The notes under the pieces were generated by a model that did not search any database, was not told the DNA's origin, and saw only the letters and a program-made list of their open reading frames with translations. Position numbers and translations under genes: made by a program. Positions 58,501-64,000 of a stretch of 64,000 bases of DNA are shown in pieces (position 1 is the first letter of the stretch; every line of letters begins with the position of its first letter). Source of the stretch: Octopus vulgaris (taxonomy: Eukaryota); contig OX597818.1 in NCBI GenBank assembly GCA_951406725.2, positions 14,446,001-14,510,000 on the forward strand, written 5' to 3'.

Positions 58501-60239
58501 TTTCTACTTTATTTGTGAAGCGTAATATTTACTTCACTAATTTAGTTAGACTTTTTTTATTTTTGCAGAAAAAATCACAATTATTTCACAATATTTTGTC
58601 TTTTCCCTTGACATAGAGTAATAAAATAGTCTAATGGAGTAAAAAGAATTAAATGGATGAAATAAATAAATATTGATAGAAATGCATGGCAATTATCATG
58701 CAAGAAGTGTGAAATGACTCTCTTCCACTTCGACTTGTTATCTGTGTGGATAACTGCTGGATTAGGAGGATATTCGCTACATCATTCGTAAACATACCGG
58801 TCCTATAACACCTTTTCTTAGTCATTCCATATGGAAATACGTTTAATGAAGTGAAAGCTCGTTAAAAACTAATCATTAAATTGATTTGATTGCCAATAGA
58901 AACCAAATATCCGATGGGAATTAATTTGAAAGAGCTATTTTCAATTATGTAAATATCTTCATTTTTTTCTTTCACCATATCAGCAAAATGCTGTAAAATT
59001 TACATTCACAATATTTCTGATGACGTCTCTATATCTTCCTCAGTTGCTAGCTTCCTAACTGACCGTCACAGCTCCCTCTCTTTTTCACCCTCTTCTTCGT
59101 TCACCTCTCTCTCTCTCTCTCTCTATCTCTCTCTTTCTCTATCTCTCACTCTTTCTCCCTGTTCTTCTTTCTCCCTCTTTCTCTTCCTTTATTTCTCTTT
59201 CACCATGTTTCTCTAGCTCCGCGAAATTTCTTGTAAGAACGGAGTTTAATAATACCGACTTCATTTTGTAAGTGATTATAGATTTTCTTTTTCTCCATAT
59301 AGTTATGAATTGGAAGCAATCGCAGATGATTTCAGCTTTCCTAGTAAGTTGCCTTTCTTAACAAGTTTAGCTAGTCTTTCAGGAGAGATGAGTAATCCTC
59401 TGTCGCTATTCTTTTACCCTTTCAGAATTTAAAATATCCATAGTATTTAAAATGTCTTTAGTAATACATGCAGTTAAAATCATCGGTTGTTTACAATATG
59501 ATAATAAAATTTTCTTGCGTTTTTAACATTGATATGTCATCCACGTTCGATGCAAATGAAGTATTTAGTAGAATCATAGATACTTGCAAGTCTCACTTAA
59601 AACTGTAATCCAAATCTAAGCAGTAGGGTTCAATCGATTAATCTTTCGCAGGTTAGTGTTCAAAATATTTTTATATAATAAAAAAAATCTTCTGAATATT
59701 TGAAGAACAGATTTTCTCCGTTTTCTGATGTAAATCTAAAACTCATATTTCATTTAAGATGCATTTTTTTCGTGTCAGCCTCGGATACAAGGTCGCTTTT
59801 TAACGCTTCTACAATGACTCACGTCTAAATCAGATCCAAAACATTTTAACGCCAGGTGTCGAAAAGTCGTTGAATTTACTGTATTATCACTGTTTAGAGC
59901 AGGTAATTGTTCTACGTTAACAGGGGTGACTTATTCCATCTTTAAGTACTGTTAGTTGGGCCATATGTCAGTTTGATTGTTTTAGAAATCATTACATTTG
60001 AAAGCTGAATCAGTAAAGATTGTATATTGGATTATTTTACTAATATGTAAAACGAATGATAAGCCACTTGCCGTCCTCTTCGCAGATGCTTGAACTGTTC
60101 GAAATAGCAACCAAATGTCCCTAAACCACAAGCTACATACATATATTTGGAAACGTAGATGAGATTAGCACATGTGGAACTGCTAAATCAGGTTTGGTTT
60201 AAATGCTAAGTAATGAACAAAAAATACTAAGCATTTAAT

Positions 60240-60645
60240 TCATAAAAAGTTCGCCGATATGCAGTTTCAAGTTCAGTCCTACTGCGTAGCATCTTTCGTA
60301 ATTATCTTCTGCTATAACCCCGGCTGACCAAGGTCATTTAAGTGAATTTACTATACATAAACTATGAGCAAGCCCCTTGTATACGTATGTAAACATATAC
60401 TCACAGACATACATATAAATTTATGTTTGTGTGTACATGTGTGTGTTTATGTATGTTGGTGGGCATCTTCTATATTTCTATTTGAGTTGACAAAAGTCAT
60501 TAGGATTTTGCGTCATAATATTGAACATTTCTGTAAAAAGAAACCACTAGAATAAGTATCAGAATAAGAGTTAAGCTCTATTTGACCACTAAACACTTCA
60601 ATGCGATGCCTCAGTTTAATAGCAGAAGCAAGTAAAAAATATAAG
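60240..60645 (+). mobile_element. Old CORE-like SINE
   Basis: gttcagtcctactgcgtagcatc..tcttctgctataaccccggctgaccaagg..agaataagta..gaagcaagtaaaa. Confidence 0.7.
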
Positions 60646-61349
60646 GAGTGAAATGATTCTTTATATTAGTCATTTTCAACTGCCTGTTGATATTCATCCG
60701 TTTTACGTTTGCTTCTGTTGGTAACTACAAAATAATTATCAGTAATACATGACATTCGATGAACTGACTATACGCAGATGTTTACAAATTATTGATTTTA
60801 TACCTATGTTATGAGTCACTAATAGATTTAATATGATTTCCTGACATGTGAGTCATAGACTCGGTAGAATAATAAAATAATGTTTTCGATACGTCATTTT
60901 GCGTTGCCAGTTCAAATTTTCAGGGATCGATATTCCCTTTCATTCTTCCAGGATGTAAGTATAATAATAAATATTCAAAAATTTTGGATGATTAAAATGA
61001 CTATACAATGCCAGGAACATGTGAGACCTTCTGCGTATGTTAGAAGACATTATAATTTATTAACATATGGAAGATTGGATATAAAAGCAATAAAGTACAT
61101 ATTTATTATCTTTCTACGAATTAAAATAATGATTGAGTAGAGTTTTCCGTTCAATCTCACGCATTCGATAAAATAAGTCCCAATCAAATATTTAAATTGA
61201 TGTAATGATTAGCGATAAAATTTCGGAATTCGAAGAAAAGGATGAATGTAACTAGATTATTTTCAGAATACTCCATAAAGTGTTATGCATTTTCAAGGTG
61301 AGCGGGAAAGTTCTATTTAACAACTGTTATGCGAGAGTACCTTAATATT

Positions 61350-61497
61350 TACACATTCTTTATTTTCTCTCCTTGTTTATTTCTGTGTTCCTTTCTGTGG
61401 AAAAGCGTAGGCTCGAAACGTTAAAGACTTTTTCACTTCCCGTGTCTACACCACCTGTCTTCGTCTTTTATTTTCTTTTTGGTGAATTCTCCCCTTA
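61350..61497 (+). mobile_element. Short element with variant hammerhead
   Basis: CTTT-CTGTGGA-A-AAGC-gtag-GCTC-GAAA-C-GTT-AAAG at 61391-61426. Confidence 0.55.
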
Positions 61498-63596
61498 ATA
61501 TTTACAGACCCTAAAATGAATATTTCCTAGAATGTATCTACGCTTATCCTCAACGGTAATTTAATCTCTTATGAATGCAATCGTGTATCGATCAACTTGA
61601 ACTAATTTCGATTTGGCTGATCAGTGTTTAACTGGTATAAGGTTCCAGGCTGAACTGCTTAGTTAGATATGAGCTTTATTGTCCGTATCTTCACAACTTC
61701 ATAATAATATGGTATTCCTATGTTGATAATAACACTATAGTCATTCATTTAATTCATGAATATGGCATATAGTTTGCTATACGCGGAATTTCATACATGC
61801 TAACTTTAGCATTATTATTTTCTAATACAAGCTGATATTTATATCAACGCCACAAGAATTTTCTTTGCAGCCTTAACATTAAGTTACTGGACTTTGTAGA
61901 ATAACTTCAGCATATTTTCTCAAATTATATCCCGATGCAATGTGTTGTATTGTTTCAAACAGTACAACATACATAAGACATCTATCATTTATATTACAGG
62001 ATTTGTGGATATTCTTTTCATTATATGTTGTGGTGATGGTCTATACTTTTATCGCAGATACGTTGCTTCTGTTGCCCCATTCAGAATGAATTTGTTGAAC
62101 CAAGCCAAAGATATTGTTTTATTTATGTATATGGAATGCAGTTCAAAGAAGTATAAGAAATATTCGGCTTGTCTTTATGGTTATTCACCACTGTTGATTT
62201 ATATGCCACCAGTATATCTATTTTCGGTATTCCTTTAGCCTTAGACTTCAGATTTTTCAATCTGATCCAATTTCGTGTGAGAATTATTTTTGCTGTGGAT
62301 ATAATCGATTTCCTACCATATTTACGGCCATAGTTAACAAAAGCACGCACCAATATATTTTAATGGGAAAGTTGTGAGCAATATTAACAACTACCTTCTT
62401 AAACTTACACCTGATATTCAATAATCCCTTACCACTTCTTTAAAGGGGTGCATAGTCATTGTGTGTCAGTATGGGATGTTCTTTTATTCGATTTCTCATT
62501 TTACGATCTATATAATTTATGTTTATGTTTCATTCTCATATTACAGGAGATTCATGTTATAGATGATACTGAAAATGTGTTAATAGCACGTAGTTTTATT
62601 CTTAGTGAGATAAGTCTTTTTTTTAATAATTTGACTGAATATTATTTTTCATTCTTGTTATTGCAACTTTCATATTCATGCACACTGTTTTAATCATTAA
62701 TATTCAAGAATTTGTATATCGCAGATTTTCTCATCACCTGTATGATATTCTCTCCAAGGATTTCTAAATCTGCCTAACTTTTCGAATTTTTATTTATTTA
62801 TTTTTTACTTTCATTTCAGATTTTGAGGATTTTTTAAATTCCAGAGAACATTTTAATATCACGGTATCCATAAAAATTAGTTTTGTCCTCTTCTCTGGAT
62901 ATAACAAGCATAAAAGGAAATGAAGGTAATATGTAGAGGAATTAACACTAATAACATTAACGAGACACACATACACACACACACACACACACTCACTACC
63001 ACTACGAAGAAATGTCAGCCCCAAGATAAGGCGAACAGGCGAAGGGAAATCAATCCCTACATCAGAAGAAACCAGAACTGAGAAGCCTATTCCCCTCGCA
63101 GATTTAAAGCTCACAGTACTGAGAACAACTATACTGAATTGATAGGTTTCCAAAGAAAACGAAATCATAAAGTTGCTGGTTCATGAACAAAAGGGTACAG
63201 ACCGCACCTGCAAACTATGTTGCAGTCTATTGGCAGTTGTATCCAAGTCTTAAGTAGGACTCAGCACAGACGAATACGAGTAGCTGGCGAGCAGACACAT
63301 GGTAATATCATTTAGCTCATAGGATCGTGTTGATTGAGTGACTGTAAATGTACATTTCTCGTTATTTTTATATCTTTTTTAATTACTGTACGTTTTTATA
63401 TAATTGTATGTTTTATTCTGTGTTTAATTCATTCAATTATTTTAATATCTCTTTATATAGTGAATTGTATTATATCTTTAAACTTTCCCTGGTTTTTATA
63501 AAATTTTGCCCATCCCAATTTATTTTACAACCTTGTGGATAACATTATTGTGTATGCATGAAAGATCCTTGGTAGCAGTTATAAAAAGGATTAAAC

Positions 63597-63985
63597 CGGC
63601 GAGCTGGCAGAATCGTTAGCACGCCGAGCAAAGTGCTTAGCGGCATTTCGTCAGTCTTTACTTTCTGAGTTGAAATTCCACCGATGTCGATTTTGTCTTT
63701 CATCTTTTCGCGATCGATAAAAAAAAGTATACCAGTTGTGCCAAAATTTGAAACTATTAGTGTTACTATTGTTAAGGCGGTGAGCTAGCAGAATCGTTAG
63801 CACGCTGGGGAAAATGCTTGGTGGTATTTCGTCCATCTTTATGATCTAAGTTCAAATTCCACCGAGATCGTGTTTGAGTTCCATAATTTTAGAGTCGATA
63901 ATATAAGTACTAGGAGGTCGATGCAATCGACTTAAACCCTTCAAGAAGTTACTGGCTTTGTGACCGAAGTTTGAAGCCATTATTA
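63597..63985 (+). mobile_element. Two tandem Meta-type SINEs
   Basis: Heads ggcgagctggcagaatcgttagcacg at about 63598 and ggcggtgagctagcagaatcgttagc at about 63776. Confidence 0.88.
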
Positions 63986-64000
63986 TTGCTGTTGCTGTTG

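Larger units (their letters stand above)
55630..62870 (+). pseudogene. Putative heavily decayed multi-repeat cyclic-nucleotide-gated channel (CNGK-like) pseudogene
   Basis: Ordered remnants: CNBD-like PYTKTLKTKNICE (55713); S6/C-linker MLGVLTLY..TANIFIARSQY..LKYL (57304); pore-like TAGLG-DI (58753); GINLKELF (58920); CNBD ELEAIADD..SLSGEMS (59303); S3 FAVDIIDFLPY (62289); CNBD EIHVIDD..SEISLFFN..CTLF (62547). Stops and frameshifts throughout. Confidence 0.42.

Noticed and set aside
60931-60960. Apparent 3-nt microexon (ttcttccag GAT gtaagt)
   Set aside because: It lies inside a decayed Meta-type SINE body, so the pyrimidine tract comes from the repeat.
63000-63345. Moderately GC-rich block after a (CA)n run with a short open frame
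   Set aside because: No recognisable motif. Probably a repeat fragment, but unassignable by eye.

Overview
AT-rich, repeat-dense animal genomic DNA with no intact protein-coding gene that I can support. Most ORFs in the supplied track are translations of microsatellites. The tRNA-derived SINE families and the dense (TA)n, (TAA)n and (GATA)n arrays look like an Octopus genome, which is an inference from recognising the repeats. The window holds decayed R4/Dong LINEs embedded in (TAA)n, Tx1/L1 and CR1-group LINE fragments, a Penelope GIY-YIG remnant, several mariner/Tc1 relics, a hAT relic, a non-autonomous Helitron, a long-TIR foldback element and many SINEs. Two signals stand out. First, short TA-flanked elements carry minimal hammerhead ribozymes (one with an intact core at 49595-49629, plus decayed variants). 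Second, ordered protein-motif remnants over about 55.6-62.9 kb look like a heavily decayed multi-repeat cyclic-nucleotide-gated K+ channel (CNGK-like) pseudogene. All calls were made by eye, without alignment or database tools, and element boundaries are approximate.
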